From Dendrobates tinctorius (taxonomy: Eukaryota), in NCBI RefSeq assembly GCF_039654945.1, contig NW_027361806.1:4960001-5024000 (forward strand): a stretch of DNA of 64,000 nt, read 5' to 3'. The notes beneath the pieces were generated by a model. That model ran no database searches, had not been told where the DNA came from, and worked only from the letters and a program-made list of their open reading frames with translations. Of the stretch, positions 27,872 to 41,703 are shown in pieces; position 1 is the stretch's first letter; every line of letters begins with the position of its first letter. The position numbers and the translations under genes were made by a program.

Positions 27872-28509
27872 AGGGAATCTGTCACCCCATTTTTGGACTA
27901 TCAGCTGCCGGCACCACCATCAGGGGCTTATCTACAGCATTCTGTAATGCTGTAGATAAGCCCCCGATGTAACCTGAAAGGTAAGAAAAATGAGTTATAT
28001 TATACTCACCCAGGGGCGGTCCGGGTCCGGTTTTGGTCCGATGGGTGTCGTGGTCCGGTCCGGCGTCTTCTATCTTGTAGCAACGACGTCCTCTTCTTTG
28101 CATCCCCTCGCGGCTCGGCGCAGGCGTACTTTACCTATCCTGTTGAGGGCAGAGTAAAGTACTGCAGTGCGCAGGCGGTGGACCTCTCTGACCTTTCCCG
28201 GCGCCTGTGCACTGCAGTACTCTGCTCTGCCCTCAACAGGGTACAGCAGAATGCGCCTGCGCCGGAGCCGCGACGAGAAGCAAAGAAGAGGACATCGCCG
28301 TTAGAAGATGGGAGGCGCCGGACCGGACCGCTACACCCATCGGGCCAAAACCGGACCTGGACCGCCCCTGGGTGAGTATAATATAACTCATTTTTCTTAC
28401 CTTTCAGGTTACATTGGGGTCTAATCTACAGCATTACAGAATGCTGTAGATAAGCCCTTTATGGCGGTGTCGGCAGCTGATAGTTCAAAAATGGGGTGAC
28501 AGATTCCCT
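27872..28509. mobile_element. T2/Kolobok-type fold-back MITE (638 bp)
   Basis: TTAA|AGGGAATCTGTCACCCC ... GGGGTGACAGATTCCCT|TTAA; the arms are complementary over about 300 bp. Confidence 0.92.
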
Positions 28510-28513
28510 TTAA

Positions 28514-28906
28514 GCTGCATCTACACTACAAGATAATTGTGAACTCTTGTAGTTTAAACATGCTTCTTATTACTCGATGAACTAGCAAAATGCCTTTTAC
28601 ATGGACTGACGGACAGCGCGATACAATCACCGATCGGTAAACTTTCACCGATCGGCGGTCGTTTAAATGTTATACTAGTTCACTAAGTGATTGTTCTCGG
28701 CAGTGCGAGTTTTGTTTACACAGGATGATGCTCCGCTGAGAACGATGATTTTTAGCACTGCGCGAAAGAAAGATAATTTCACCCGACGAACGCGCGGTTT
28801 GCTCGTTTATGGAGAAGTCCTTCGCCTGTCTACACTGTAAAAATTATCATGAAACGAGCGTGTTTAACAATGCTCAGTCACGATGATCTTGCAGTGTAAA
28901 AGCCGC
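28514..28906. mobile_element. Degenerate Harbinger-type MITE
   Basis: Imperfect TIRs GCTGCATCTACACTACAAGAT / ATCTTGCAGTGTAAAAGCCGC with TAA and TTA flanks. Confidence 0.55.
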
Positions 28907-29356
28907 TTTAGACTTCACCGAGCGTTAACAAACCGTGTAAACAAGTTATCTCTGCCCACGTTACCACAACTAAAGGGGAGATAGACATCCATCAAGAGGA
29001 ATTCCTCCACGATCTTGCTTTGATTGTGACATTGTTGAACAAATGAGCAGTTTAGTATTCCTTTACATGAATCCGGTCATGGATTACCCATTATATTTAT
29101 CAAAGAATAAGAAGCCAAAATGTTACAAGTTTGGTGACTTAACTGCATAGTTTCTAAACCACAAATATCCCAAAGTTTTACGTCACGGGATTTTACAATA
29201 GATGTTATGTGGTTCAGATTTCAGCTCTCAGACTTCTTAAATGGTCCAATACTAACAATGCTGCAGAGGTTGGAGTCAGGGCTGGGCACAAATTGTAACA
29301 CACCGTCAGCACGAAATAATAGGATTTATTATTGACTGTGCCATGTCAGCCTGTAA

Positions 29357-29678
29357 GGGTGAGTGCACACGGTGCAGATTGTGCTGCGGATTTTTCCACG
29401 CGGATTTGCAGGTAAAATGACCTGCGTTTTACCTGCGGTTTTCCCCTGCGTTTTGACACCTGTACAATGGAGCAGGTGCCAAACCGCTGTGGAATCTGCA
29501 GAAAGAATTGACATGCTGCGGATTTAAAACTGCTGCGAATCCGTGCGGAAAAATCTGCAGCATCTGCACTGCGTTTTTAAAAATCCATTGCTTATCATTG
29601 TACTGTACATTGCTTGTGGAACTGCAGTGGATCCGCAGAGGCAAATGAGCTGCGAATCCGCACCGTGTGCACATACCC
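29357..29678. mobile_element. PIF/Harbinger-type MITE related to 843-1187
   Basis: TAA|GGGTGAGTGCACACGGTGC ... GCACCGTGTGCACATACCC|TAA. Shares the internal AAAGAATTGACATGCTGCGG. Confidence 0.85.
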
Positions 29679-29726
29679 TAAGAGCTTTCATCATCACCAG
29701 ACCTCAAAATGACCCAAAATAAATCT

Positions 29727-30183
29727 TAAGGGCTTCATCCAGAACTATTTTTTTTATTATGGGTTAAAAACTAACAGACCGATAGTTGCTTCCTACCTGC
29801 CTGTTGTTGTGCCTGGTTGCCTATCTCTTCTGGCACAGAGTGGTCACAGACCGCTCCTGCCGGCGATTCAGCGGCTTCTCCTGACGTCACGTCAACTGAG
29901 CAGTGGCTTCTGGTCCGCTCTGCTCCGTTGATGGGGTGTGACTGCACATGTCATGCTGATTGAAAGCCAGCTACACGCTGCCTAACTGCAGGAAGTCGGC
30001 TGTCAATCAACATGACATCGGCAGTCACGCCCTGTTGACAGAGCAAACCGGAAGAAGAAGAGCTGCTTCGTTGACGTGGAGAAGCTGAATTGCTGGCAGG
30101 AGCGGTCATGCTAGAATAGGCAGGTAGTTGTTGTTTTTTATCATAGGCCAAAAAAATGATTTAGTCCTGGATGACCCCTCTAA
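29727..30183. mobile_element. Degenerate T2-type MITE
   Basis: TTAAGGGCTTCATCCAG ... CTGGATGACCCCTCTAA with internal symmetry; related to 56860-57193. Confidence 0.6.
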
Positions 30184-33100
30184 ATGTAAAACTATTTACA
30201 TGGTACTAAAGAAAGAATGCATTCGGTCAGGATTTAGTATAGCTCTGCTTGAACTTTGACATTTTCTCACATCCTTGGGAATATACGGTACTCTGCACAG
30301 TCACTAGAAAGTTATTTTCTATAGTTTTTCAAGTGACAGTAAAAACTATAAACCTGTCAAAATGAGCTGCCAATCAGCATCGTAAATGTACAATTATGTG
30401 TAAGAATAGAAAACAGAAACATCTAGACCTGGATTAGATAATTGTGACGCTGAATTGGGTAATTACAGAAAAAGTCACATTTCACTCCCAACATCTGTAG
30501 AACTGTCTATATAAATGGATCCATCACGTAGATTGAAATACTAAATCCCGACATTAATAATTCCCGTAAAAATTTGTTGCTACTGACACTTTGAGCCAAA
30601 CATCATCACACATTAAGCAGCAGCAGAGCGGTTATTCCTGCTAAGCACTCGCAATCCCCTCCGGCTCCAGGATAATCGCCCCTTACTGTAAAGATTTACT
30701 TCTTATGAGAAAAGCTAATATAAATGTGATGAAACAATGTGTCGTCCCTTGTAGGTAGCGTCACTTATAACTAAACCCTTCTGAGAGATGGTGTACAGTA
30801 AAACATGGAGACAGCATGTCAGGTCCTTCGATCGCAGTCACAACTTTAAAATAAAAGTTTCATTGTATACAAGATCTATAGATGAGCACTTAAAGGGGCT
30901 CGTCAAATGTTCTAGGGTAATTTCGATCTCAATTCACCTTTTTTTTTTTTTCCAAGATCTTGTTACAAGGTATGCACCTTGGGCCGAATTCAGACATCAG
31001 TGTGTCCCGTGATGCACGGACTGGCCATGGGTCTCCTGACCTGATTTTTACAGTCTCACAGTCTCATATGAGGCTGTCACATCCAGGTCAGGAGACCTGC
31101 GGCCAGTCCGTGCATCTCTGTCCATACTCGGATGACGATATATGGATGCTCTGGCGGACACAGACAGATGGGGGCCCCTGTGCAAGAACAGTACATATAT
31201 GGGTCCTTAGTCCAATATCTCATCCTGCTTTAGAGGTGGAAAAGGACCTCCTTATCTTTTGGGTCCCAGGTTGCCCCTGTATGGATGTCTGAATTCAACC
31301 TTAATCGGGACAAGGTTTCGGTCCTTGGATGAAAACAAGAATATTTCTGATCACAAACAAGGACCTTGAGGGAAGGTATGTTAAGTCTTTACGCCTCTGG
31401 CACTGGTTTTAAAATACTTCTCTTGCACCAGAGCTTACAAGGATTGTCAACCACTTGGGACCAAACATTCTTAAATGCTGTCTTCCCCCATTTAAAGTTA
31501 AAAAAAAAGGTACTAGACTCCCCTATATGGGTGGAACAGAGCAGAGTCTCCTGGTGCTCCTGTGAATGCTGTAATGATTTACCGCGTTCACACCTATCCC
31601 GGACCGGCGATTTTCATCTGAAGATATGTAAGTGCTGCAGCGCAAAGGCTACAGCATACCAATGACATGTGATAATCCGGCATAGATATCACTGGGACGG
31701 TGACGGTGGGGAAGGAGGGTAAAGCCTGGAGGGCAGTCCTTGCGTTGCAGCTGTGTTCAGACAGAGTTTCACACACATCTGTATCAACCCTTACACATTT
31801 TGATAAAATTGTGTGTGCCCATCTGCCAAAGACAAGGCAACTTCTTCAGACCATTCCTAACACTAACAGACTTCGGTTGGTCTACAAAACTAACTTAGGA
31901 CCGGTAGAATCCAGCTACATTCTGCACCAATTAATAACACCCAGGAGATGGGGAGGAGTGCACAACAAAGATGACGGTAGTCACCACCCTGAAATGCATT
32001 TTATTAGATCTTTCATTAATTAGCCACAAGACTGATGATGGATATGATTAATAGCAACTCACTGTTATATTTCCATAAAAAAGACAATACAATTATGCAA
32101 TTACCTTTCATGTAAAACCAAGAGCTGTAACACAGTATACCCATCTGTCACTGGATCCAGCCTACAGTCCCAACATGGGACTACATGGGCGACTCTTGCA
32201 CAATTTCACATGCTGAAATTGGTCATTCCATTGTCTTTTTTTACGTTAAATATGAAAAAAAATAAGATTATAACTAAATAATAATACAGAAAAAGTAAGC
32301 CTTGAGAGTCAAGGACTGTTTTATGTAGGGTGACCCTGAGAATATTCATTTAATCACTTCTGTGGAAAACCATATTGCTCTCGTTGCATGTGGCTTCAAT
32401 GGCCTGTGGGCCTCACTAATAAAGTCAATGGCGAATAACCACAATACAAGATACAAAAATAGTGTGGGTTTGGAGATATAATATTAATTTAGAATTTAAA
32501 GAGTCTCATTGATTACCATGTAACTTCTGTCCTTTCCTGCACAACCCCTGATCCTACGTCTTAGGAAGATTCTCTGCTCACCAGGGGTCATAACTACAGT
32601 AGGTGCAGGGGTTGCAATCACACCTGGAAACTAGGGTGGTCCCAGAGGTCCCTTAGCCCCATATGAAAAGCCAATTCTTATTAAAGACCCGTGTTAGTTG
32701 GGGGGCCCCATAAGAGATTGTGCACTGGAGCCCACAAGCTTCAAGTTACGAAACTGATTCCATTTCACTACCAAAGCTGGTGATGTTGGGGTAGACCGAT
32801 GACAAAATATCAACTGATTATAATGTTGAGGTTTGATTCCATAAATTCAAAGAAAATTCACTTCTGGGAATACGCTACTATAAGTATTGGTTAGTACGGA
32901 CGGCTTCTTGTCATAAAGGACACAATATCTCTGCATGATTGGTAGAGCTCAGACCAGAGGAGGACACTTCTACGTCCAAAGCAGGTGCAATTGTGCATTA
33001 TGATGAGCTATGGGACGGTAAAGGACCCATGTACTGTTCTAGCACAAGGGCCTCTCCTATCTGTGTCCCGCCGCTCTCCCAGACAGCAAGTTCCAGCTCA

Positions 33101-33934
33101 GAGATACCAAACTCTGACAGGTGAATGGACCGCACAAAGAAAAAAAGTTGAAGTTGTTGGGACATATTCCTTGGGGACGAGATGACGTTTTCAGGACACT
33201 ATTCTTTTTTTATACGACTTTTTGATCGCTTTTTGTTCCATTTTTTTATGCCACTATAATGAAGACTTTACAATTTTTCGTTTTTTTTTTTATTATTTTG
33301 CAGGTTATGGTAAAGTTTTATAGCTTGGGTCAGCGATACCAAATGTGTGTACATTTTTATGTTTACTTTTGCTTTTACATAAAACACCGTTTTTATTGGC
33401 AATATATTTTTCATTTTTTTTTATCTTATTTTTAGAATTTTTTTCGCCCCTATATGGGACTTTAGCTTTTACTTGCCTGATTCCTGTTGTAATATCCTGC
33501 AATACTTCTGCACTGCAGAACATTACGCCTGTGAGTTTTACACTGACTCTTGTTAGCTCTGCTTATTGCAGGACCTTGCAGGGCACAGTACCTGGCTGAT
33601 GCGCAGGGTAAATGTCCGTGATCGCTGCTATTACTGATTATGGCCATTGCAACAGGTTGTTAGCTATGACGGTGCCAGCTCTGTTTGTGAACCGGTTTCA
33701 TCATTGCGCTGTACATACATGTACAGCAAATTTTCAAAAAGTCATCTCCCATTGCGCTGTACATGTACGGCAGATGTCAGGAAGTGGTTGCAAAAATTAG
33801 AAAAAAAAAATCCTACTCTCCATATTCACCAACCACCAGTGATTCAGCTGCACACGAAAGGAACGCCGCCGCTGACACACTTTACTCCAGCGTGATATCA
33901 TTAAGAGGCACCGGCATACTCTTTTAACGTCACG

Positions 33935-34160
33935 CTTCCTCCCACGTCTCGCTCCTCCCACGTCTCACTCCTCCTACGTCTCGCTCCTTCTACCTCCCAC
34001 TCCTCTTACGTCTTGCTCCTCCTACTTCTCGCTCTTCCTACATCCCGCTCCTCTTACGTTCCCGCTCCTCCTACGTCCCGCTCCTCTTATGTTCTGCTCC
34101 TCCTACGTTCCCGCTCCTCCTACGTCCCGTTCCTCTTACGTTCTGCTCCTCCTACGTCCT
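33935..34160. repeat. 16-17 bp pyrimidine-rich minisatellite
   Basis: CGTCCCGCTCCTCCTA-like units, about 13 copies. Confidence 0.85.
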
Positions 34161-35629
34161 GCTTTCCACAGTCCTGAGGATGTCTCGATAGCACCGATGG
34201 GCCACAGATGACAGCCTCAGGGGCTGCATGCGGACATCTGTTCTAGAATGACAACATGGTCTGATGGGATCATTTACTAATCAATGTGTGGTGGGATAAT
34301 AACACACCGCTTCTGTCAGTGTCGTCCTCCATTTACAGTGGGGATTGCTGCCCATTTAGTCACTTACGAGATAATAAACCGTTTGCAATAAACCTCGGCC
34401 TCAGTCCATACATTCAGAAATATTAGATTCTTCATGATTTCTGTAGGATTCCTTAGCGTTTTTTCTGCTCCTTATCAGGGAAATCCCAGCCATTATGGAA
34501 CGTTGGTTTTGGCCTGGAGGAACACATCTTTAGATGATCTGAGGATTAGGTGAGTCACAATGATGAATATTTAATTTCACGTAGACACATGAGTGTACGA
34601 CAGATGCGAGGAACAGTGGTGGGGTGGGTCCAGTATCCTGTTGTAACTGCACTGCTTCAATTACACCTCCTGAAATATTCATTCTTCCAGGTAAAGTCTG
34701 ATGGGGTCATCTGTGACACAAGAGAACAGATCCAGCTTCTAGATGCAGGCATGGGAAACACCAATATTGTGTCCAACAGTGGCCACGGCTATGGAGGACA
34801 GGGGGATTTTCCCATAAATAACAATATAGAGTCACCTCTTCACACACCCTAATAACATACACAGAACCGGGAATTTACAGTGTGAGCCCCAGTGAGGAGA
34901 GTGATGATGACGATGCCTGTAATGCGCTGCAGAATTTTATAGCACTATATATGTGGGTAAATAAATAAATAAGGGCTGCAGAGATAGGTCATCCCAGAAC
35001 GTGGTACTTGAGGGGGTCTAAAACTGTCTATCACTAATAAGACAAAAGCCCCGACTCATCACAGTTTTTACACTCAAAAAGTGATGTCAAAGTTTTGAAA
35101 AGTCACAAAATGTTGGCGTTTAGGCGGAGTTTAGGTGTTTTAATACGTTTCTCCCAGCACCAATAAAAAGCATGGAACTGGGGGATGGACGAGCTGTGGG
35201 GGGCGTGATCTCATTCATAACGAACTGTGCCATTCCCTATGCCAGAAATCTCACTGCAGTCTCTAGATGGCGTAAGATTTCTGGTGAGGCACATGCCACT
35301 CATCAGACGTTCCAGATTCATGAAGAGGCAAGCACATCTTCATGAATTAGCAGTGTTTGACTCCACCATGACCCTCAATTTTCTTGTCGGTTTTGAGGAA
35401 TCTAGGTCAATTACTGTACTTTAAAAAAAAGAACATAGTAACAAAAAAAGAATATTGAGACGGTGATAGTTCACACTTTGCAATGGTTCAGACTTCAAGA
35501 CCTCTTCACGACAGTAACCGATCGTTTGTTTGCTTTGCCAGTAATTAATAGGAGCTTTCATGCTCACATTGCCAATCTGATAAGGAAGCACCTTCTTCTC
35601 AGCTCCATGGCAAACACGTTAGCTGAAAC

Positions 35630-35940
35630 CATAGTTTGTTTTGTTTTTTTAACAACCTTCAATTTGACCTCGAGCCATGGCGACTTGATGAATGATCTGT
35701 AGGAAGACTGATCTTGTGCAAGCCTAGATAGGTCCACCAGAGTCTTCCCAACCATTATCTTGATAGTTTCAAGCCATCGGGTTGCCGGTCTTCCTCTTTG
35801 CCTTGTTCCTTATATTCTTCCAACTGTGAAGTCCTTCTTCATTGATTGCTCACTTCAAATGATGTGTCCAAAGTAGGCAAGTCATAGATTGGCGATTCTT
35901 GCTTCTAGTGATATGTCTGGCTTGATTTGTTCCAAAATTG
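35630..35940 (-). mobile_element. RTE-clade LINE 3' fragment (decayed)
   Basis: Minus translation IKPDISLEARIANL*LAYFGHII*SEQSMKK...GRI*GTRQRGRPATRWLETIK matches the RTE C-terminus (YFGH ... G.R.RGR...RWL.). A/CAA-rich tail near 35632-35655. Confidence 0.8.
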
Positions 35941-37589
35941 AACATAGAGTATATGCACTCTATGGCCAAGGATATGTGGACATCTGACCATCATACCTAT
36001 CTAAGCTTCTAGCAAATCCCATTCAAAAGAAGTGACGTTTCTATGGATATGGATAGCATTTATGATATGATACGATAGACTTTATTGATCCCAAGGGAAA
36101 TTACGGTATCACAGCAGCAGAACATAGCCAATAATAAACCAGTCAATTTTAACAGCCTCCACAGTTTTGAAATCGTAATGTAGGAGTTTGCCAAGTCAGC
36201 AATTTGTGCACCACTTAATAAAAAATACATTGGGTGGGGTTGGAGAGGTTGGGTCATGAGTTCTTTCACATCCAACCTGTCAAACCATGTCTCCCACAGT
36301 TCACTTTGTGCACAGGGGCACAGTCACACAGGAACAGGAAAGTGGTAGTGATGCCTCGCATTGTGCATGGGTTTTTGGCAGATTCTTCACAACAGAAACC
36401 CATTCAATAAAGTTCCCGACACACCCTCCTTTTGCTGATGTCACTTCTAGACACCGTTTTGATCTCTGTCGTGATTGCTGATGCTTAGAATTTTTGCTTG
36501 CCCCGAAAAATCAACATTTGGCTGCCCCACCCCAATCGGTGACTTCATGTCATTTATCACTTTGGCTGAGCTCCTGTAACTCCTAGACAACTCCGTGCAA
36601 AAAAAAAATAAAGGCATCCGACTGCTGTACAATTTTTTCACGGAACCATAGACTTGCACTGCCGATTTTGATCCGTCATTTGGATCAAAATTGGACGTGT
36701 CCCCATGATTTTGCTTCGACCACTCTGTCCCTTTTTCTAAGATCATTAGCATTTATCAAGAGTTTCCAAGCAATTCTGATGCCAATACAAGCATAATTCA
36801 TAATTATAGGACATTCCAACAAGTCTGATAAAAAAAAAAAATAAAATCAAAATCTGGACCCCTCGTCTAATCTCTAAGTTATGAATACACAACACAATCA
36901 TCTGCTTCCGGATCCGCTGTTCTGGAAAGCCAAACAGTGACCTGTAAATTTCATCTCAACCCAAACCTCCCTGACCTTTAGTCATCATTTCTGGTCTTGA
37001 GAGAAGGTCAGGAGCCTCCGATGCCTCCAGTGCTCAGTGATCATTAGGTCTTATCTCTGCTGAAACAGGTTTATACTGCGAGATAATAAAATGAAGCTTC
37101 AAAAAACAATCATTGGCGTCACAGATGATGACCCGAATGCAAAAAAAATCCACAAAGACACTGGTCTGGGAAACAGAGTTCATGAGTGACGAAGGAAAAG
37201 TTGAGAATTTGGTAACTAAAAAGAAGAATGAAAAAATATAATAACTGATAATGGTTATGAATGTTTGTCGCGGCCCGGTTATAAGGATAGAGTAGAACTG
37301 CAGAGCAGACCCCATCTGTTATAAACCTTTTGGAATTATTTATTTGCAGGAGGCCTCATGTGATTTCAGGACTACTGAATTCTGAACCCATCACTCAACA
37401 CTTGGCCACATCAAACAGCAATTATTAACCACGAAACCCCAGCTTTCCGGCCCGTAATCATCCATAACCATAACCACAATACAAAAACGCGCCATAGAGC
37501 ATGATGATCTGTACAACTTCTATATTCCTTCACGTCACTTTTTTTTTTTTAATAACTCACGACGGCTCATGGGTTTGTGTTAATATCTT

Positions 37590-37690
37590 ACAGTTCACAT
37601 CCAACCAGGGGGCAACATCTGCATGGAGTTTGTGGTTGTTGTGGTTTCCCTACTGGTTCTCCAGTATCTTTCCCTGCTCCAAATACAGAC
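37590..37690 (+). mobile_element. V-SINE fragment
   Basis: ATCTGCATGGAGTTTGT ... GGTTTCC resembles the V-domain. Confidence 0.45.
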
Positions 37691-38474
37691 TAAACCAAAA
37701 TCGTCCTAAACTGTGTATAAGATCCCTTCTCATGTTCGTATAAAACCATTACCGGAACAAACAGTACCGATGTCATCACTGTTTTGGATCAGTGTTCCAC
37801 CTGTGTTTTTCCGGTATGGGTCAAGAAAAAGAAATGTTAGACATGTACGGCACACGGATGAGCTGTAAGTGTTGTACACGGACCCACAGACTTGTATTGG
37901 CTCTTGTCATCAGCACTGCCGGAAAAAAACATGAGAAGAGCCCTAGAGGTTATAATGGGTACGTGTGATATTCGTGAAAAAAAAAAAGTGTCGGAAACAT
38001 TGATGTGAAAAGGAGGCCTAAGGTGGATCATTTACATTGTGTTCCTTGGGAGGAGAAGGATGGTTCTTTAACACCTGACCTGCGGTCAATCAGCTACTTG
38101 TTTGCCGATCGGCGCTCGTTTATTAGACTCCTTTCACCATCTGTCTGCTCTTCGGATGTGCACCGAATGGTCAGTATGAGATCGCTCAGTGCACATAGGC
38201 TGCCATTGTTCTCAGCAACTCAGGTCCTGCTGAAAAGGTGGGACAAGATGTGGCTAAACCTGCCTGTCGAATTCAGCAAAAGTGCCCTAGTTTCTTATGA
38301 CACAAAATGACATGACTGGAGTAGCATTTCTGATGAGGAGCATGCCACTAAGAAGGTATGCCGAATTCATGAAGTAGCGTGTTCCTGATAATGAATTTGA
38401 CACATCGTCCTCCAGCAAGCGCCCTAAGACTGACGAGCGCAAGACCAGTCTTAATGAATCTGCCCCAGGGACGC

Positions 38475-41215
38475 CACCAACAGAATAGTGAGTGCAGCTC
38501 TGGAGTATAATACAGGATGTAACTCAGGATCAGTAATGTAATGTATGTACACAGTGACTGCACCAGCAGAATAGTGAGTGCAGCTCTGGAGTATAATACA
38601 GGATGTACCTCAGGATCAGTAATGTAATGTATGTACACAGTGACTGCACCAGCAGAATAGCGAGTGCAGCTCTGCAGTATAATACAATATACAACTCAGG
38701 ATCAGTACAGGATCACTAATGTAATGTATGTACACAGTGACTGCACCAGCAGAATAGTGAGTGCAACTCTGGGGTATAATACAGGATGTAACTCAGGATC
38801 AGTAATGTAATGTATGTACACAGTGACTGCACCAGCAGAATAGTGAGTGCAGCTCTGGAGTATAATACAGGATGTAACTCAGGATCAGTACAGGATCAGT
38901 AATGTAATGTGTGTACACAGTGACTGCACCAGCAGAATAGTGAGTGCAGCTCTGGGGTATAATACAGGATGTAACTCAGGATCAGTAATGTAATGTATGT
39001 ACACAGTGACTGCACCAGCAGAATAGTGAGTGCAGCTCTGGAGTATAATACAGGATGTACCTCAGGATCAGTACAGGATCAGTAATGTAATGTATGTACA
39101 CAGTGACTGCACCAGCAGAATAGTGAGTGCAGCTCTGGGGTATAATACAGGAGGTAACTCAGGATCAGTAATGTAATGTATGTACACAGTGACTGCACCA
39201 GCAGAATAGTGAGTGCAGTTCTGTAGTATAATACAGGATGTACCTCAGGATCAGTAATGTAATTTATGTACACAGTGACTGCACCAGCAGAATAGTAAGT
39301 GCAGCTCTGGAGTATAATTCAGGATGTAACACAGGATCAGTAATGTAATGTATGCACACAGTGATTGCACCAGCAGACAGAATAGTGAGTGCAGCTCTGG
39401 AGAATAAATCAGGATGTACCTAAGGATCAGTACAGGGTCAGTAATGTAATGTATGTACACAGTGACTCCACCAGCAGAATAGCGAGTGCAGCTCTGCAGT
39501 ATAATACAATATACAACTCAGGATCAGTACAGGATCACTAATGTAATGCATGTACACAGTGACTGCACCAGCAGAAAAGTGAGTGCAGCTCTGGAGTATA
39601 ATACAGGATGTAACGCAGGATCAGTAATGTAATGCATGTACACAGTGACTGCACCAGCTGAATAGTGATTGCAGCTCTGGAGTAAAATACAGGATGTAAC
39701 TCAGGATCAGTAATGTAATGCATGTGCACAGTGACTGCACCAGCAGAAAAGTGAGTGCAGCTCTGGAGTATAATACAGGATGTAACGCAGGATCAGTAAT
39801 GTAATGTATGTACACAGTGACTCCACCAGCAGAATAGCGAGTGCAGCTCTGCAGTATAATACAATATACAACTCAGGATCAGTACAGGATCACTAATGTA
39901 ATGCATGTACACAGTGACTGCACCAGCAGAAAAGTGAGTGCAGCTCTGGAGTATAATACAGGATGTAACGCAGGATCAGTAATGTAATGCATGTACACAG
40001 TGACTGCACCAGCTGAATAGTGATTGCAGCTCTGGAGTAAAATACAGGATGTAACTCAGGATCAGTAATGTAATGTATGTACACAGTGACTGCACCAGCA
40101 GAATAGTGAGTGCAGCTCTGGAGTATAATTCAGGATGTAACTCAGGATCAGTACAAGATCAGTAATGTAATGTATGTACACTGTGATTGCACCAGCAGAA
40201 TAGTGAGTGCAGCTCTGGGGTATAACACAGGATGTAACTCAGGATCAGTAATGTAATGTATGTACACTGTGATTGCACCAGCAGAATAGTGAGTGCAGCT
40301 CTGGGGTATAACACAGGATGTAACTCAGGATCAGTAATGTAATGTATTTACACAGTGACTGCACCAGCAGAATAGTGAGTGCAGCTCTGGGGTATAATAC
40401 AGGATGTAACTCAGGATCAGTAATGTAATGTATGTGCACAGTGACTGCACCAGCAGAATAGTGAGTGCAGCTCTGGAGTATAATACAGGATGTAACTCAG
40501 GATCAGTAATGTAATGTATTTACACAGTGACTGCACCAGCAGAATAGTGAGTGCAGCTCTGGGGTATAATACAGGATGTAACTCAGGATCAGTAATGTAA
40601 TGTATGTGCACAGTGACTGCACCAGCAGAATAGTGAGTGCAGCTCTGGAGTATAATACAGGATGTAACTCAGGATCAGTAATGTAATGTATTTACACAGT
40701 GACTGCACCAGCAGAATAGTGAGTGCAGCTCTGGGGTATAATACAGGATGTAACTCAGGATCAGTAATGTAATGTATGTGCACAGTGACTGCACCAGCAG
40801 AATAGTGAGTGCAGCTCTGGAGTATAATACAGGATGTAACTCAGGATCAGTAATGTAATGTATGTACACTGTGATTGCACCAGCAGAATAGTGAGTGCAG
40901 CTCTGGGGTATAACACAGGATGTAACTCAGGATCAGTAATGTAATGTATTTACACAGTGACTGCACCAGCAGAATAGTGAGTGCAGCTCTGGGGTATAAT
41001 ACAGGATGTAACTCAGGATCAGTAATGTAATGTATGTGCACAGTGACTGCACCAGCAGAATAGTGAGTGCAGCTCTGGAGTATAATACAGGATGTAACTC
41101 AGGATCAGTAATGTAATGTATGTACACAGTGATTGCACCAGCAGAATAGTGAGCGCAGCTATGGAGTATAATAAAAAAGGTAACTCAGGAGCGGTACAGA
41201 ATGCTATGTAATGTA
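38475..41215. repeat. 86-bp satellite, about 31 units, some with an 11-bp internal duplication
   Basis: AGAATAGTGAGTGCAGCTCTGGAGTATAATACAGGATGTAACTCAGGATCAGTAATGTAATGTATGTACACAGTGACTGCACCAGC. Confidence 0.97.
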
Positions 41216-41652
41216 TCTAAAAACTGTCTGAAATGTTACATCTGTATGTACACTGAGATATACTAGTGTGAACATTTACTCAAGTAATTTGCATAAAACT
41301 GTCTACTACAGACAATTGAAGGAGCGCAGTAAATCAGGACTCAGGTCAGTATACAGCCATGTGCAGGCTCGGGGTTTTCTTGGTGCACTGGTGTTTAGTA
41401 AACATTTTTATTAAATATTTAGTTTACACATTTTTATGCTCAGTACATTTCTTTTCTCCATTAATTATGGTTCTAAGAAAGGCGAGGTATTTCCCGTCAT
41501 GAGATTTTGGGGAGGATTCCCACGTTCTTGACCTTTTCTAGTCACTGGTTTGGCTGAAACCAGCTGCTATATAGCCCAGCCGCGCACCACACTGCAATGA
41601 TTCAGATAAATACCATATTGCTCAATCCCTGTCTTATACAGGTTTTGGTAAG

Positions 41653-41703
41653 TACAGTTGTGCTCAAAAGTTTACATACCCCGGCAGAATTTTTGCTTTC
41701 TTG
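41653..41703 (+). mobile_element. Isolated Tc1 TIR end
   Basis: TACAGTTGTGCTCAAAAGTTTACATACCCC is a Tc1-type terminus with no partner in the window. Confidence 0.6.

Noticed and set aside
34640-34710. Minus-strand acceptor tgtgtcacAG|ATG
   Set aside because: No convincing donor and no recognisable peptide.
35568-35622. Possible minus-strand exon ending in GTGAGC
   Set aside because: The acceptor lacks a pyrimidine tract (it is the RTE A-rich tail), there is no ST3GAL3 similarity, and the two known exons are already contiguous.
38325-38360. CTGATGA motif as a possible hammerhead
   Set aside because: No stem II or GAAA box follows.
38348-41127. Many similar 63-96 aa ORFs
   Set aside because: Translations of the 86-bp satellite.
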